A stretch of DNA of 64,000 nt from Fimbriimonadales bacterium (GCA_025061985.1 JANXAW010000026.1:22738-86737), one strand, 5' to 3'. Positions 49,357 to 59,561 are shown, numbered from the stretch's first letter. Translations and numbers: made by a program. Notes: generated by a model from the sequence alone, not told the origin.

Positions 49357-50448
49357 CTACAACGCCATCGGCATAATCACGCATAGGTATCCGTTGCCTT
49401 CTGCGGGTTTGAACACCGCAGGGCGCAGCGCCTCGGTAAGCTCTATGGAGACGCCCTCGCTCTCCAGCACATCCAGCACATCCAAGATGTAGCGAGCGTT
49501 GAAGGCGATTTCGAGGTCGTCGCCCTCACGCACGAGGTCGACTCGCTCAATCGCCTCGCCTACATCGCCCTGAGCGCGGATGACAAGTTTCTCGCCCTCC
49601 GTGCGCAGGTAAACCTTGTTGGAGTTGCTGCGTGCCACCAAGTAGGCGCGCTTGAGCGCGTTGCGAAACTCCTGCACAATCAGCGTCCACTTGCGCGTGT
49701 AGGTTTGCGGGATTACGCGCTGGTAGTTGGGATACTGCCCTTCAATCAGTTGGGTGTAGACGGCGGCGTTATCGCCGATAAATGCGGCGCGATGTTGCCC
49801 CAAGCGCAGCGTAAGGGTGTCCGTTGTAGGGATCTTGTGCACCAGTTGAATCGCTTTGAGGGGCACAATAGCGCTTGTTGGCTCGCCGATGCCCGATTCG
49901 ATGTGGGCAGTGCGCACCGCGAGCCGATGCGTGTCGGTTGCTACCAAACGCAGCGTATCGCCCTCAAACTCCATACGGATACCTGTGAGTGTCTGGCGCG
50001 CTTCCTCTTTAGACACAGCAAACTCCACTGAGCGCACCATCTCCAAAAACTGCTTAGCGGGCAAGACCAGCTCGCTGGGCGATTCGATCGCAGGCACAGG
50101 TGGATACTCCTCGGCGGCTAGCCCCAGCAGTTGATAGCGCGAGTCGGCACTGGTCAGCACGACCTGAGACCGCTCGCCTGCTTCCAGATTGATCTCCTCA
50201 CCGCTCAGCGAGCCGACCAGTTCGGTTAGCAAACGTGCAGGTAGCGTTACTGCTCCGCTTGCGCCCACAAGCGCGGGAATGCGACACTCCACCCATTGCT
50301 CCAAGTCGCTTCCCACAAGGCGTACGGTATCCTCCTTCGCTTCTATGTAAACATGGCTCAAGATGGGCAAAGACGCGCGTGTAGCGGCTGCGCTTGCCGC
50401 GATGCTCAAAGCGTCGTCGAACTGCGTGCGGTTGACCTGAATGCGCAT
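49357..50448 (-). CDS. dnaN: DNA polymerase III beta sliding clamp
   Basis: LPILS, SDLE, VATDTHRLA, LIEGQYPNYQRVIP, IAFNARY, VIMPM. Confidence 0.96.
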   Translation of the reverse strand: MRIQVNRTQFDDALSIAASAAATRASLPILSHVYIEAKEDTVRLVGSDLEQWVECRIPALVGASGAVTLPARLLTELVGSLSGEEINLEAGERSQVVLTSADSRYQLLGLAAEEYPPVPAIESPSELVLPAKQFLEMVRSVEFAVSKEEARQTLTGIRMEFEGDTLRLVATDTHRLAVRTAHIESGIGEPTSAIVPLKAIQLVHKIPTTDTLTLRLGQHRAAFIGDNAAVYTQLIEGQYPNYQRVIPQTYTRKWTLIVQEFRNALKRAYLVARSNSNKVYLRTEGEKLVIRAQGDVGEAIERVDLVREGDDLEIAFNARYILDVLDVLESEGVSIELTEALRPAVFKPAEGNGYLCVIMPMAL

Positions 50449-50564
50449 CGGTTGCCTCCTTTGCTAGGGCAGTGATTCTACCTGCTGGGGGGTCTTCCTG
50501 CCACAGGAGCGCGTCGGGTATACTCGCAGACACGTAGCAGATTTGCCGTGATGGAGGTGCGGGA

Positions 50565-50849
50565 GTGACGTTTGAGGAGTTCAAAGCGAGTTTAGCCGGC
50601 GACACCCCTCCTGCCGTGCCAGCGCCCTTGCTGGGGCTGTGGTACGACGCGAAAGGCGACTGGGACAAGGCCCACCGAACGGTGCAAAACGACCCCTCCG
50701 TCGAGAGCGCGTGGGTACACGCTTACCTGCACCGCAAAGAAGGCGACCTTAGTAACGCCCACTACTGGTACCGCCGCGCAGGCAAACCGCCCTACACTGG
50801 TTCATTGGAAAGCGAGTGGGAGCAAATCGCCCGCGCCTTGCTGGAATAA
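50565..50849 (+). CDS. Conserved hypothetical helical protein
   Basis: WDKAH..VQ...AWVHAYLHRKEGDLSNA.YWYRRAG; GGAGG RBS. Confidence 0.8.
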   Translation: MTFEEFKASLAGDTPPAVPAPLLGLWYDAKGDWDKAHRTVQNDPSVESAWVHAYLHRKEGDLSNAHYWYRRAGKPPYTGSLESEWEQIARALLE

Positions 50850-50921
50850 AGAGCCACTCGCAGTACCCCTGTTGAGCAAGCTAATAGGAGATTTGCCTCA
50901 CTGCGCGAACCTTCACAGCCG

Positions 50922-52301
50922 ATGAAGACGGCAGTGATTTTATGCGCGGGGCGCGGAACGCGGTTTTGGCCCTACAACGAAGTGCGCAACAAAGTCGCTA
51001 CCCCTGTGATGAACCGCCCGAATGTGCGCCGCTTAGCGGAGTCGCTGCAGCAGGTGGGTATTACGCGGCTGATTGTCGTGGTTGGGGCGTTCGAGGCGTC
51101 GGTACGCGCAGCGCTGCACGGTTTGGAACTTCCTATTGCATTCATTCGCCAAAGTCAGCCAACGGGCACAGCCGACGCCCTCCTGAGCGCCCTGCCCCTG
51201 ATTGGCGAGGAACCGTTCCTTGTAGCCTATGGCGATATCGTTACCCCCGCAGAAACCCTCCAGCAGCTGGTAGCACGTTTTTACGAAACAGGTGCACTTG
51301 CAGCAGCAGTCGCCCAACGCTATTTGCCGGAACACGACCCCCGCGATTGGATTGGCGCCTACGTGCGCGACGGGCGCATCGTGCGTGTTGAGGGGCATAG
51401 CACTGACATGAACTATCGGTTAGGCGGGCTGTTCGCCTTCCAGCCTCACATTCGCGATGCGCTGAACGCCCACCCTGGGCTGATGACCAGCGTGCCTGTT
51501 GGCGGAATGCCCCCTGTGGAGGCAGAACTGGCGCAAACCTTGCAGACCCTTATTGAGCAGGGGCACGAAGTGCCCTGCGTTGAGCCAGTGGGCTTTCTGG
51601 TGGATATGGATAAGCCGTGGCACGTGTGGGAGGCAAACGCCCGCTGGCTGGACTATGAGGCCAGTCGCTTGGAGACCGACCACATCGGCAAAGAGGTGCA
51701 TATTGACGACTCTGCGGAAATCTACGGCAAGCTGGTGGTGGAAGACGGGGCAATGATTGGTAAGCGCGTTGTGATTCGGGGCAACTGCTTTATTGGGCGC
51801 GAGGCGCGGATTATCAACGGCGCCATCTTGCAAGGGCATACGGCGGTTGGCGCACGCACGCGTATCAGCGATTATTGCCTTGTGGCAGGCACAACCGTCA
51901 TTGGCAACGGCTGTATCGTGGGGCACGACGCCGAAATAGACGGTGTGATGCTGGATGGTAGCTTCCTCTATCACTACTGCGAAATCGCAGGCGTGGTTGG
52001 GCAGAAGGTAGACATCGGCGCCGCCACCGTCTGCGGCACCTTGCGCTTTGACGATGGCGACACAACCCACACGATTCGCGGTAGGCGCGAACGCCCTGAG
52101 TTTGGTGCGAATGGCACCTACTTCGGCGATTTCTCACGCACGGGCGTGAATGTCATCACGATGCCAGGCGTAAAGATTGGCGCGTACTCGTGCGTGGGCG
52201 CAGGTGTCGTGGTCTACGAGGATATCCCCAGCCGTAAACTGGTGTTGCTCAAGCAAGAGCTGGTGATCCGCGACTGGGGTCCTGAGCGGTATGGATGGTA
52301 G
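50922..52301 (+). CDS. Sugar-1-phosphate nucleotidyltransferase with left-handed beta-helix domain (GlmU-like)
   Basis: VILCAGRGTRF, GTADAL, YGD; hexapeptide repeats in the C-terminal half. Confidence 0.85.
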   Translation: MKTAVILCAGRGTRFWPYNEVRNKVATPVMNRPNVRRLAESLQQVGITRLIVVVGAFEASVRAALHGLELPIAFIRQSQPTGTADALLSALPLIGEEPFLVAYGDIVTPAETLQQLVARFYETGALAAAVAQRYLPEHDPRDWIGAYVRDGRIVRVEGHSTDMNYRLGGLFAFQPHIRDALNAHPGLMTSVPVGGMPPVEAELAQTLQTLIEQGHEVPCVEPVGFLVDMDKPWHVWEANARWLDYEASRLETDHIGKEVHIDDSAEIYGKLVVEDGAMIGKRVVIRGNCFIGREARIINGAILQGHTAVGARTRISDYCLVAGTTVIGNGCIVGHDAEIDGVMLDGSFLYHYCEIAGVVGQKVDIGAATVCGTLRFDDGDTTHTIRGRRERPEFGANGTYFGDFSRTGVNVITMPGVKIGAYSCVGAGVVVYEDIPSRKLVLLKQELVIRDWGPERYGW

Positions 52302-52311
52302 GCAGTAGTTT

Positions 52312-53400
52312 TTATAGCCCTTCAAGCCCGCACCATTCGCGGAGCACCCACTCCTTGCCGTGCGTCCGCACCATTTCCTGCAGCCGCTGCGCCTCTGGGT
52401 CATCGGGGTCGGCGTACTCAAGGGCAGCTAAGATAGCCTTGCGGAACGGTGTGGGGTCTTCCCCCTGCTCTACCAGCAACCGGTAGGCACCCACTAGCCG
52501 ATCCTCGGGGCGCAGTTTACGCAGCGGTTCACGAGCGACACGGCGAATCGGGTCATCTAAGTGTGGGTCTTGAATGCGCGCGAGGATGTCTTGAACGGTC
52601 TCAAAATGCTCTTTTCGGTCAAAGGGGTGCTTCTTGAGGAATGCGTTTGCCAGCGCGTTTGCCCCTTGCACAAACAGGGCGTGGATTTCCTTGTCCTGTA
52701 AGGCTTGCTGAATAGTTTGGTAGCCGCGTTGCGCGCCCAAGTAAGCCACGAGCGCATGCAAACCGTTATGCAGATAGAGCTTGCGCTGCATGTAAATCTC
52801 GAACGGGCGCACGGGGTATAGCCCAACGATCGGCGGTGGGCTAACGATCAAGGCATCAGCATCCACGGGGAGTTTAGCGTAGCGGTCAACACGCACGCCA
52901 GGCGGGTCGCCTGGCAGTTCTGCAACCGCTTGACGCCCGATAATGCAGCGCACTAGCCCTACTCGCTCGAGCAGGGAGTGCTCTTCTGGGGCGAGCGCAG
53001 AAAGCAGCGCGTTGCGTAGGCGTATGTGCGCCTCTACATCGTTCTCTCCTAGCAGCACAAGGATGGGTGTAGGGTTTTCCTCAGCGCGGCGGCGCAAGCC
53101 AGCAGCAAGCAACGGGGCAAGAGCAGGTAGCACATTTACCCCTACAGCTGTGGAAGCCACAGTTGTTGTCGCAAACGCCTTTGCAACGGCTTCCGTGTCG
53201 CTTGCCTCAATCGCAGACACAGGGGCTATCGTCTCGCGCGAGCCGTCTGTCCACTCAATCCAGCACGAGCGATGGCGGTTGAGGCTTGCGACCAGATCCG
53301 CCCGCGCCTCCACAAACACCGTTTCAAAACCTGAGCGAGCATAGAGTTGGGCGAAGAAGCCTCGCCCAATCTTGCCCGCTCCGAACTGCAACGCCACCAA
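52312..53400 (-). CDS. mtlD: Mannitol-1-phosphate 5-dehydrogenase-like protein
   Basis: FGAGKIGRGF, TAVG, RKLYLHNGLHA, RVAREPLRKL...RLV; start approximate. Confidence 0.8.
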   Translation of the reverse strand: MVALQFGAGKIGRGFFAQLYARSGFETVFVEARADLVASLNRHRSCWIEWTDGSRETIAPVSAIEASDTEAVAKAFATTTVASTAVGVNVLPALAPLLAAGLRRRAEENPTPILVLLGENDVEAHIRLRNALLSALAPEEHSLLERVGLVRCIIGRQAVAELPGDPPGVRVDRYAKLPVDADALIVSPPPIVGLYPVRPFEIYMQRKLYLHNGLHALVAYLGAQRGYQTIQQALQDKEIHALFVQGANALANAFLKKHPFDRKEHFETVQDILARIQDPHLDDPIRRVAREPLRKLRPEDRLVGAYRLLVEQGEDPTPFRKAILAALEYADPDDPEAQRLQEMVRTHGKEWVLREWCGLEGL

Positions 53401-53404
53401 GTGA

Positions 53405-54730
53405 TTAGTCACCTGTGGCACCAAAGTTGAATAGCACAGTTAGGAGGTCTGCGTTGTTTACAACGCCGTCTCCGTTTAGGTCGGCTGCAGGGTTATTCGA
53501 ACCGAAATTGAACAACACAGAAAGTAGGTCAGCGTTGTTAATGACATTGTCGCCGTTCAGGTCGCCGTTGATGAGGTTGAACACTAGTCCTGACACATCG
53601 CTGTTGAGCGACACATTACGTACCTTTCGGCGCAGGCTGGTAGGCGCCCGCACAGCAATGTCTACCGTGCCGCTCATAATGGCAGTATAGGTAGTGAACT
53701 CACCTGCATTGTTCGTGGTGAAGGTGCGTTGCGCTCGCAAGGTAGATGTGCCTGCTTGGAAGATTTGCATCTCAAAAGATACGCTCGAGAGGTTCTGCCG
53801 ATCCAGAATAACTCGCCCCGAAAGCAGTCGGCGCACAGGAGTGTAGTCGGTGATTAGCACATCATACCAGCCTCCTGCTCGCCCACCTGGGTAGTTGAAG
53901 CCCTCCACACGAATATAGTACACCCCTGCAGGCAAGTTGGACAGTTGCACAAGCGAGGTGTAAGAGTTGAAGGGGTCGTGGGGATCGTCGTCATTGGTTT
54001 GCAAGGGGTTAAAGTTTGCGTCATAAACCGTAACTATCGTGTCTGTAGCACCAAAGGTACGCACAGTAAGGTTGCCCGCGCCGATCTCAATCCGATAGTG
54101 ATCAAGGTCCGTTTGGCGATAGCGCAGAAATGCGTTCGGAATAAGCGTGAAATCATCTGCGAGGTTTCCGATGTTTGTGGCTGTGCCAAAGGTTTCGTTG
54201 GTGCCGTCCACTTCGTATGGGTCATAGTCAGGTGCAGTGCTGCCTTCGAACATGCGCAGCGCGTAGCGAAAGCGTGCTAACGCACCAGCAGAGGGAAAAG
54301 CCCGCACGACCACATAGTAGGTGCCTGCGCTAAGCGGGATGGTGATACCCGAATCGGCGTTTGTAAATGAGGTATCACGATTGCCGCGATTCGGGTTGTT
54401 TTGTTCGTCATCATCGTTTTCTGCGATAAGGCCCCCACTGGCATTATAAAGCGCGAGCACGGAGTCAAGAGTGCAGTCCACCCGGAAGGAGTAGGTGCCT
54501 GACTGCAAAATCTGCACCCGAAACCAGTCTATGTCGCCGTCTGGGTTGATAAGACCACGCACGACCTTCATTCTGCGTGTGTTGTTGGGGTCAAGCCCCA
54601 CGACGCCGACATCTTGGGCAGTAGCAAGAACGTTATTTACTTCGATCTCCGTGACGAAGTCGATTACGGGTGACTGAGCGCTGCTAACGCTTACTATCGC
54701 CCAAAGTAAGCTGAGCACTCGCTTCTTCAT
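53405..54730 (-). CDS. Secreted protein with two PPC (pre-peptidase C-terminal)-like domains and a C-terminal dockerin/EF-hand-like duplication
   Basis: Signal peptide; D.DWF...DSVLALY...ENDD...GTYYVVV twice; DLNGDNVINNADLL and DLNGDGVVNNADLL. Confidence 0.8.
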   Translation of the reverse strand: MKKRVLSLLWAIVSVSSAQSPVIDFVTEIEVNNVLATAQDVGVVGLDPNNTRRMKVVRGLINPDGDIDWFRVQILQSGTYSFRVDCTLDSVLALYNASGGLIAENDDDEQNNPNRGNRDTSFTNADSGITIPLSAGTYYVVVRAFPSAGALARFRYALRMFEGSTAPDYDPYEVDGTNETFGTATNIGNLADDFTLIPNAFLRYRQTDLDHYRIEIGAGNLTVRTFGATDTIVTVYDANFNPLQTNDDDPHDPFNSYTSLVQLSNLPAGVYYIRVEGFNYPGGRAGGWYDVLITDYTPVRRLLSGRVILDRQNLSSVSFEMQIFQAGTSTLRAQRTFTTNNAGEFTTYTAIMSGTVDIAVRAPTSLRRKVRNVSLNSDVSGLVFNLINGDLNGDNVINNADLLSVLFNFGSNNPAADLNGDGVVNNADLLTVLFNFGATGD

Positions 54731-54778
54731 TGCCCCACGACTCCTTTCTCCGTGGTCTATTATAGCACAGTTCGCGCG

Positions 54779-55474
54779 TTAGAGGTACCCCCGCTCGCGC
54801 AAACTGGTATAGTTGCCATCGCCAATGATGATGTGATCCAGCAGTTCGATGCCCAGCAGTGCGCCTGCATCTTTGAGCCGGTGGGTGATGGCGATATCCT
54901 CAGGGCTGGGGGTTGGGTCGCCGCTGGGATGGTTATGCACGGCGATCCAGCACGCGGCGCCTTCGCGGATAATCGCACGGTAGACCTCGCGTGGGTGCAC
55001 CAGGCTGCTGTCTAAGGTGCCGATAGAGATCGTTTCGGTGCGCAACACGCGGTTTTTAGTATCCAGCATTACCGCTACAAAGTGCTCCCGCCGCTCGGCG
55101 ACAAATTGCAGATGGAGCAGTTGATACACGTCTTCTGGGGAGCGGATTTGGGGACGCTCGTGGAACTGGCTCAGCGCTACGCGCCTGCCCAGCTCCATCG
55201 CAGCGGCAATTTGGGTGGCTTTCGCCAATCCCACGCCTTTTACTGCTGCCAGCTCTTGTACGCTGGCGTGCATCACGCCACGCACGCCTCCGAACCTTTG
55301 CAGCAGGTGCTGCGCCAGCTGGAGGGCAGACATCTGGGTTGTGCCCGTGCGCAGCAAAATCGCTAACAGCTCATATTCACTAAGGTAAGCGGCTCCCCAT
55401 CGAGCCAGCTTCTCGCGGGGACGCTCCTCTGGTGGCAACTCGCGAATCGTGGTGTAGCGCATCGAGTCCCTCAT
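54779..55474 (-). CDS. radC: RadC / UPF0758 JAB-domain protein
   Basis: ERPREKL, HhH GVGLAKA, HPREV, HNHPSGDPTPS.ED, LLDHIIIG. Confidence 0.93.
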   Translation of the reverse strand: MRDSMRYTTIRELPPEERPREKLARWGAAYLSEYELLAILLRTGTTQMSALQLAQHLLQRFGGVRGVMHASVQELAAVKGVGLAKATQIAAAMELGRRVALSQFHERPQIRSPEDVYQLLHLQFVAERREHFVAVMLDTKNRVLRTETISIGTLDSSLVHPREVYRAIIREGAACWIAVHNHPSGDPTPSPEDIAITHRLKDAGALLGIELLDHIIIGDGNYTSLRERGYL

Positions 55475-55689
55475 AACTCCCGTTTGAGGCGTGGGTGCAC
55501 GAAGTAATGAACTGCTCCAGCTGCTGTCGAACCAAATGCGCTGGAGAGCCAGATGCCCGACAAGATGTAGCTGGCAAGTGCAAGCCTTGCCAGCAGTCGC
55601 ATTTCAGAAGGCAGACATATTCCGGTTAGGGGCAGCGCTCCCAAAGCAGTTCCCACTGCTACCCACTTGTGTGCTTTCCCACAGGGCAT
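55471..55689 (-). pseudogene. Internally deleted DUF2227-like metal-binding membrane protein remnant
   Basis: N-terminal MPxGKxH and SGIWLS, then directly a C-terminal-like G..A.GAVHYFV; only 72 aa. Confidence 0.45.
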
Positions 55690-55698
55690 CTTTTTTTT

Positions 55699-56733
55699 TC
55701 ACTCACGTACGGCTCGCTGCATTTTCTGGATGGCGCGCGACTCCAGTTGGCGTACGCGCTCTTTGCTTAGCCCCAGCCGTCGCCCTACCTCCTCCAAGGT
55801 CATTGGAGGCTCGCCCGTTAGCCCATAGCGCAGCTGAATAACCAATCGCTCCTTTTCGTTGAGGCGGGCAAGCAGATTCTCCCAGTCGATCGCTTGCTCC
55901 CATTCGGCTTGGGTCTCGGCGGCGATGAGGTCTGCCAAGGTCGTGCCGTCACTGTCGCTGATGGGCATTTCCAGCGAAATGGGCTTTGCAATCGCGTGCA
56001 TGAGTTCGCGCACTTGCTCGGGGCTGAGTTTGGTGCGTTGGGCGACTTCGTGCACTGTCGGATCGCGTCCCAGCTCTTGTTGCAATAGCGCTGCTGCCTG
56101 ACGCACCTGCTGGAGTACTCGCGCCATATGTTGGGGCAGGCGGATCAGGGACGCTTGTTCCCGAAGGGCGCGCGAGATGGCTTGACGAATCCACCACGTG
56201 GCGTAGGTGCTGAAGCGATTGCCACGACTGGGGTCGTATTGTTCCGCAGCGCGCATCAGCCCTATGTTGCCCTCTTGGATAAGGTCGATCATCGACAAGC
56301 CGCGTCCCGTGTAGTGCCTGGCGATTGCGATGACCAAGCGTAGGTTCGACTGTACCAGCTGTTCGCGAGCATGCTCATCGCCTTGCGCCGCACGCCATGC
56401 CAACTCGCGTTCCTGCTCAGGGGTCAGCAAAGGGGCACGAGCTGCCTGACGCACCCACCACTCCACAGCATCTTCCAGCTGTTCTTGCTCCACCTCTTCT
56501 ATGAACCTGTCCGCACTCTCGGTTGCCAGACGCAGCTCCAGCTCGGAGGCTTCGTGCTCGTCCAACACGCGGATTCCGTGCGACTCAAGATATTCCAGCA
56601 CGCTTTCAATAGCGTCTGGCTCCAGTTCCAGCTCTGGCAGTGCTGCCAGTAGCTCCTCCACCGAAACATACCCTTGGTGTTTTCTGCTTTCGACAAGCAG
56701 GCGCAACGCTTCGCTCGTGCCCCAATCCTTCAT
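55699..56733 (-). CDS. Sigma-70 family factor (RpoD/SigA-like, divergent)
   Basis: [34 protein letters not shown]...ERVRQ; ATGA overlap with dnaG. Confidence 0.9.
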   Translation of the reverse strand: MKDWGTSEALRLLVESRKHQGYVSVEELLAALPELELEPDAIESVLEYLESHGIRVLDEHEASELELRLATESADRFIEEVEQEQLEDAVEWWVRQAARAPLLTPEQERELAWRAAQGDEHAREQLVQSNLRLVIAIARHYTGRGLSMIDLIQEGNIGLMRAAEQYDPSRGNRFSTYATWWIRQAISRALREQASLIRLPQHMARVLQQVRQAAALLQQELGRDPTVHEVAQRTKLSPEQVRELMHAIAKPISLEMPISDSDGTTLADLIAAETQAEWEQAIDWENLLARLNEKERLVIQLRYGLTGEPPMTLEEVGRRLGLSKERVRQLESRAIQKMQRAVRE

Positions 56734-58568
56734 AGAGAGGCTCCTCCTTCTAAGCTCAAAGATTCGACACGGATGCGCCAGTATTCCTGCAGCCACTCAG
56801 TGGTAAGGGGTGCGTTTTCGTCGCGCGAGTGTTGGGTTAGTTGGGTTGCGAGTTGGAGACGCTTGCGTCGTCGGGCATAGTCTTGGAGACGCTGGATGCA
56901 GCCTGCAGCCCACTGGGGGGTCATTGGGGGCGATTCTTGCAGCAGCAATCCCGTAAGTAGCGCACGGAGTGGCTCCTCTTGGATTTGTTCCAGCAGTTCC
57001 GCTGGCGGGTAATGGCACGGGGGTTGAGGCAGAGCTTGCAGGCGCGCCGCTAACTGTGCGTGCAAAGGCACTTGCCACTCGATTTCGGGCAAGTACTGGA
57101 GCGCGACAACCGCCGAATCGGGGTAAAGAGTTGCCCGAAGGGCTTCACTCTCGGCTAGAAACAGAGCCTTAGGGATGGCAAGAGGCGTAGGTGCAGCGGC
57201 TGTAGCGGGGGCTGGCGAGGCTGACAGCTCTGACTGGCGCTGCCCACGCCGTGCGCGCGCGTATCGACGTAGCTCTCGCTGAAGCGCTTGAAGGGCAGCT
57301 TGGCGGTTGGCGAGATATGCGGGCGTGAGTGGAGCTAATCGCTCCAGACACGCCATTCGATCTAACTCGCTGGGAAGGCTTGCTGCCCACTCCAGCCCGC
57401 GCTGCACGATCTGTGCTTTGAGCGCAGGCTCCAACGCTGCGGGCGAACGCTCCCCTGCCACTTCGCGTACAATCTGCTCGATGCCAAACAGCGCTACGGG
57501 CACTGCCGCTTCCAACGCTTGCTGAAACGCTTCCGCGCCTTGCGAGCGCAGCAGGCTGTCGGGGTCTTCTCCAGCAGGTAGGCTCACCACGAATGCAGGG
57601 ATGCCCGCCTGAAGCAATACCTCACCCGCTCGCAGCGCCGCCCGAACACCCGCGGCATCCGAATCGAACACCAAGTACACGCGCTCTACTAAGCGCTTCA
57701 AGCGCGCAGCGTGCTCCTCGGTAAACGCCGTACCCAAGGTGGCTACGCTGTGAGTGAAGCCATACTGGTGGAGCATAATCAGGTCTAGGTAGCCCTCCAC
57801 CACAATCGCAGCCCGTTGGCGCACGATGGCGTTGCGCGCTCGATGCCAGCCGTAGAGGGTGGTGCGCTTTTCAAACAAGGGAGTCTCTGGGCTGTTGAGG
57901 TATTTCGGTTCCTCATCTCCGAGGGTGCGCGCCCCAAACGCCACCACGCGCCCTGCAGCGTCGTGGATTGGGAAGATGATCCGATTGCGGAAGCGGTCGT
58001 AGTAGCCACTGCCATCTTCTCGCGCTTTGAGTAGCCCCGCTGCTTCCGCATCGCGAGGATCGAAGTTATGCTTTTGCAAAAAACGCAACAAGTAATCCCA
58101 TCCGTCAGGCGCATAGCCTAACTCGAAGGCTTCAATAGTCTCTGGGGTCAGCCCACGCTGAGCAAGGTACTGTTGCGCAGCGGGCGTGCGCTGCAAGCAC
58201 TGGCGGTAAAAGAAGTGCGCGGCGAACACCAGCTTTCGCAGTCGCTCCAGTTCGTTGGGAGGCTCGGCAGCTATCGCCTCGGAGCGGAGTTCAATCCCCG
58301 CGCGCTGGGCGAGGCGCTGCAGCGCTTCGCGGAACGACAGCCCCTCAATGCGCATCAGAAAGGCTATCGCATCGCCCGAAGCGCCACACCCAAAGCAGTG
58401 GAAGCGATTGAGAGCAGGGCTAACATAAAACGACGGGGTCTTTTCCGTATGGAACGGGCAGAGCGCTTTGAAATTCTTCCCTGCCCGTTCCAAGCGTACG
58501 TACTCAGAAACAAGTTCCACGAGGTCGATGCGCTCGCGAATCGCCTCGCGCCAGTTGCGCAAAGGCAC
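56730..58568 (-). CDS. dnaG: DNA primase
   Basis: CPFH.EKTPSF...[34 protein letters not shown]; GTG start after GAGGAGG. Confidence 0.96.
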   Translation of the reverse strand: MPLRNWREAIRERIDLVELVSEYVRLERAGKNFKALCPFHTEKTPSFYVSPALNRFHCFGCGASGDAIAFLMRIEGLSFREALQRLAQRAGIELRSEAIAAEPPNELERLRKLVFAAHFFYRQCLQRTPAAQQYLAQRGLTPETIEAFELGYAPDGWDYLLRFLQKHNFDPRDAEAAGLLKAREDGSGYYDRFRNRIIFPIHDAAGRVVAFGARTLGDEEPKYLNSPETPLFEKRTTLYGWHRARNAIVRQRAAIVVEGYLDLIMLHQYGFTHSVATLGTAFTEEHAARLKRLVERVYLVFDSDAAGVRAALRAGEVLLQAGIPAFVVSLPAGEDPDSLLRSQGAEAFQQALEAAVPVALFGIEQIVREVAGERSPAALEPALKAQIVQRGLEWAASLPSELDRMACLERLAPLTPAYLANRQAALQALQRELRRYARARRGQRQSELSASPAPATAAAPTPLAIPKALFLAESEALRATLYPDSAVVALQYLPEIEWQVPLHAQLAARLQALPQPPCHYPPAELLEQIQEEPLRALLTGLLLQESPPMTPQWAAGCIQRLQDYARRRKRLQLATQLTQHSRDENAPLTTEWLQEYWRIRVESLSLEGGASL

Positions 58569-58576
58569 TCGCCTCC

Positions 58577-59329
58577 TCAAAGTGCAGTAGCCGACGCAGC
58601 GCCACCGCCGCCCCCACGACCTCCTGGAGCGCCCATCCCTCCAGGCGCCACAGGGCCAGCTGTTGGGCCAGAAGCCCGCGCGCCTCCACTGGCACCCGTG
58701 CCCAAGCTTGTGAAGCCTGCACCCAGCGAAGGCACACCTGCCGCCACAAAGATGCCCGTCACGCGATTGGACTTCGAATCAAACTGGAACGCTACCCCCA
58801 GTTTGTTGTAGCGAATCACGTAAATGTCGCCGCTGAACGCGGGCGGCTCGCTGGGCTGTCCATAAGCAGCGATCACCTTGTCAAAGGTGTCGTTCAAGCC
58901 GATACCGCGGCTGGTGCGCACCCTTGGGTCAGGGCGACGCCCATATGCACTGATTTGCACCACGCGCCCGTCCTTGTTGAACTGGAACACATAAGTAGAG
59001 CCACCCTTACTGCGGTACACCAACACCGTCTCTTCTTCAGTGCGGGTTTCCCCTGCACCTGAGGTGCCTCCAACAGTAGGGGGTTGCCCCTCCTCAGGTC
59101 CAGGCAGCTGCCCCCTGTCTTGTTGGTTAGAGAGCTCCCTAATAACGATTTGGGCGTTGGTGACCATCGTAGGGTTGCCAAACTGCTTCACTACCTGCGT
59201 AATTGGCGTGAACACCCGCACGCCTATAAGCGAAATCTCGGGACGCGGACGACCCCGCTGTGCAGGCAGCAAAACGACTAATGCTGCCACGCTCACCACG
59301 ATTACGCTAAGACGCCACATTCGGTTCAT
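58577..59329 (-). CDS. Exported hypothetical protein with duplicated 'V...YG.P' domain and Gly-rich tail
   Basis: Signal peptide; VVKQFGNPT and VIAAYGQPS repeats; AGGAGG RBS. Confidence 0.75.
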   Translation of the reverse strand: MNRMWRLSVIVVSVAALVVLLPAQRGRPRPEISLIGVRVFTPITQVVKQFGNPTMVTNAQIVIRELSNQQDRGQLPGPEEGQPPTVGGTSGAGETRTEEETVLVYRSKGGSTYVFQFNKDGRVVQISAYGRRPDPRVRTSRGIGLNDTFDKVIAAYGQPSEPPAFSGDIYVIRYNKLGVAFQFDSKSNRVTGIFVAAGVPSLGAGFTSLGTGASGGARASGPTAGPVAPGGMGAPGGRGGGGGAASATAL

Positions 59330-59420
59330 CGGTGATTGCCTCCTTGTCTGGTATACTTGTGTTCAACGCCCCAGTGAGCTTTCCTGCCACTGGGTAGGCT
59401 CACCCAACATATTATAGACG

Positions 59421-59561
59421 ATGGGCAGCCGAAAAAGTGCGTGGTGGAGAGCCGTGCGCGTAATCATCCTGCTCGCGGTGTTAGCGTGGATTATCTACTG
59501 GTTCTGGTACTTGCCGAGGCAAGCTCTGTCGCCTATGCCGATGATTGAGTTCGTGCCATGA
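59421..59561 (+). CDS. Unannotated 46-aa single-pass membrane peptide
   Basis: MGSRKSAWWRAVRVIILLAVLAWIIYWFWYLPRQALSPMPMIEFVP; TGA overlaps the ychF-like ATG (ATGA); below the ORF-track cutoff. Confidence 0.7.
   Translation: MGSRKSAWWRAVRVIILLAVLAWIIYWFWYLPRQALSPMPMIEFVP

Noticed and set aside
50449-50564. oriC next to dnaN
   Set aside because: No DnaA boxes and no AT-rich unwinding element.
54779-55474. radC as a mobile-element marker
   Set aside because: It is the full-length HhH+JAB chromosomal type within the dnaG-sigma run.
706-56796. Long N-terminal extensions in the track for nusB, motB, tsf, cdsA, nfeD, argG, the hydrolase and the sigma factor
   Set aside because: They overlap neighbouring genes or promoters; downstream starts with an SD, a coupled overlap or an adjacent -10 fit better.
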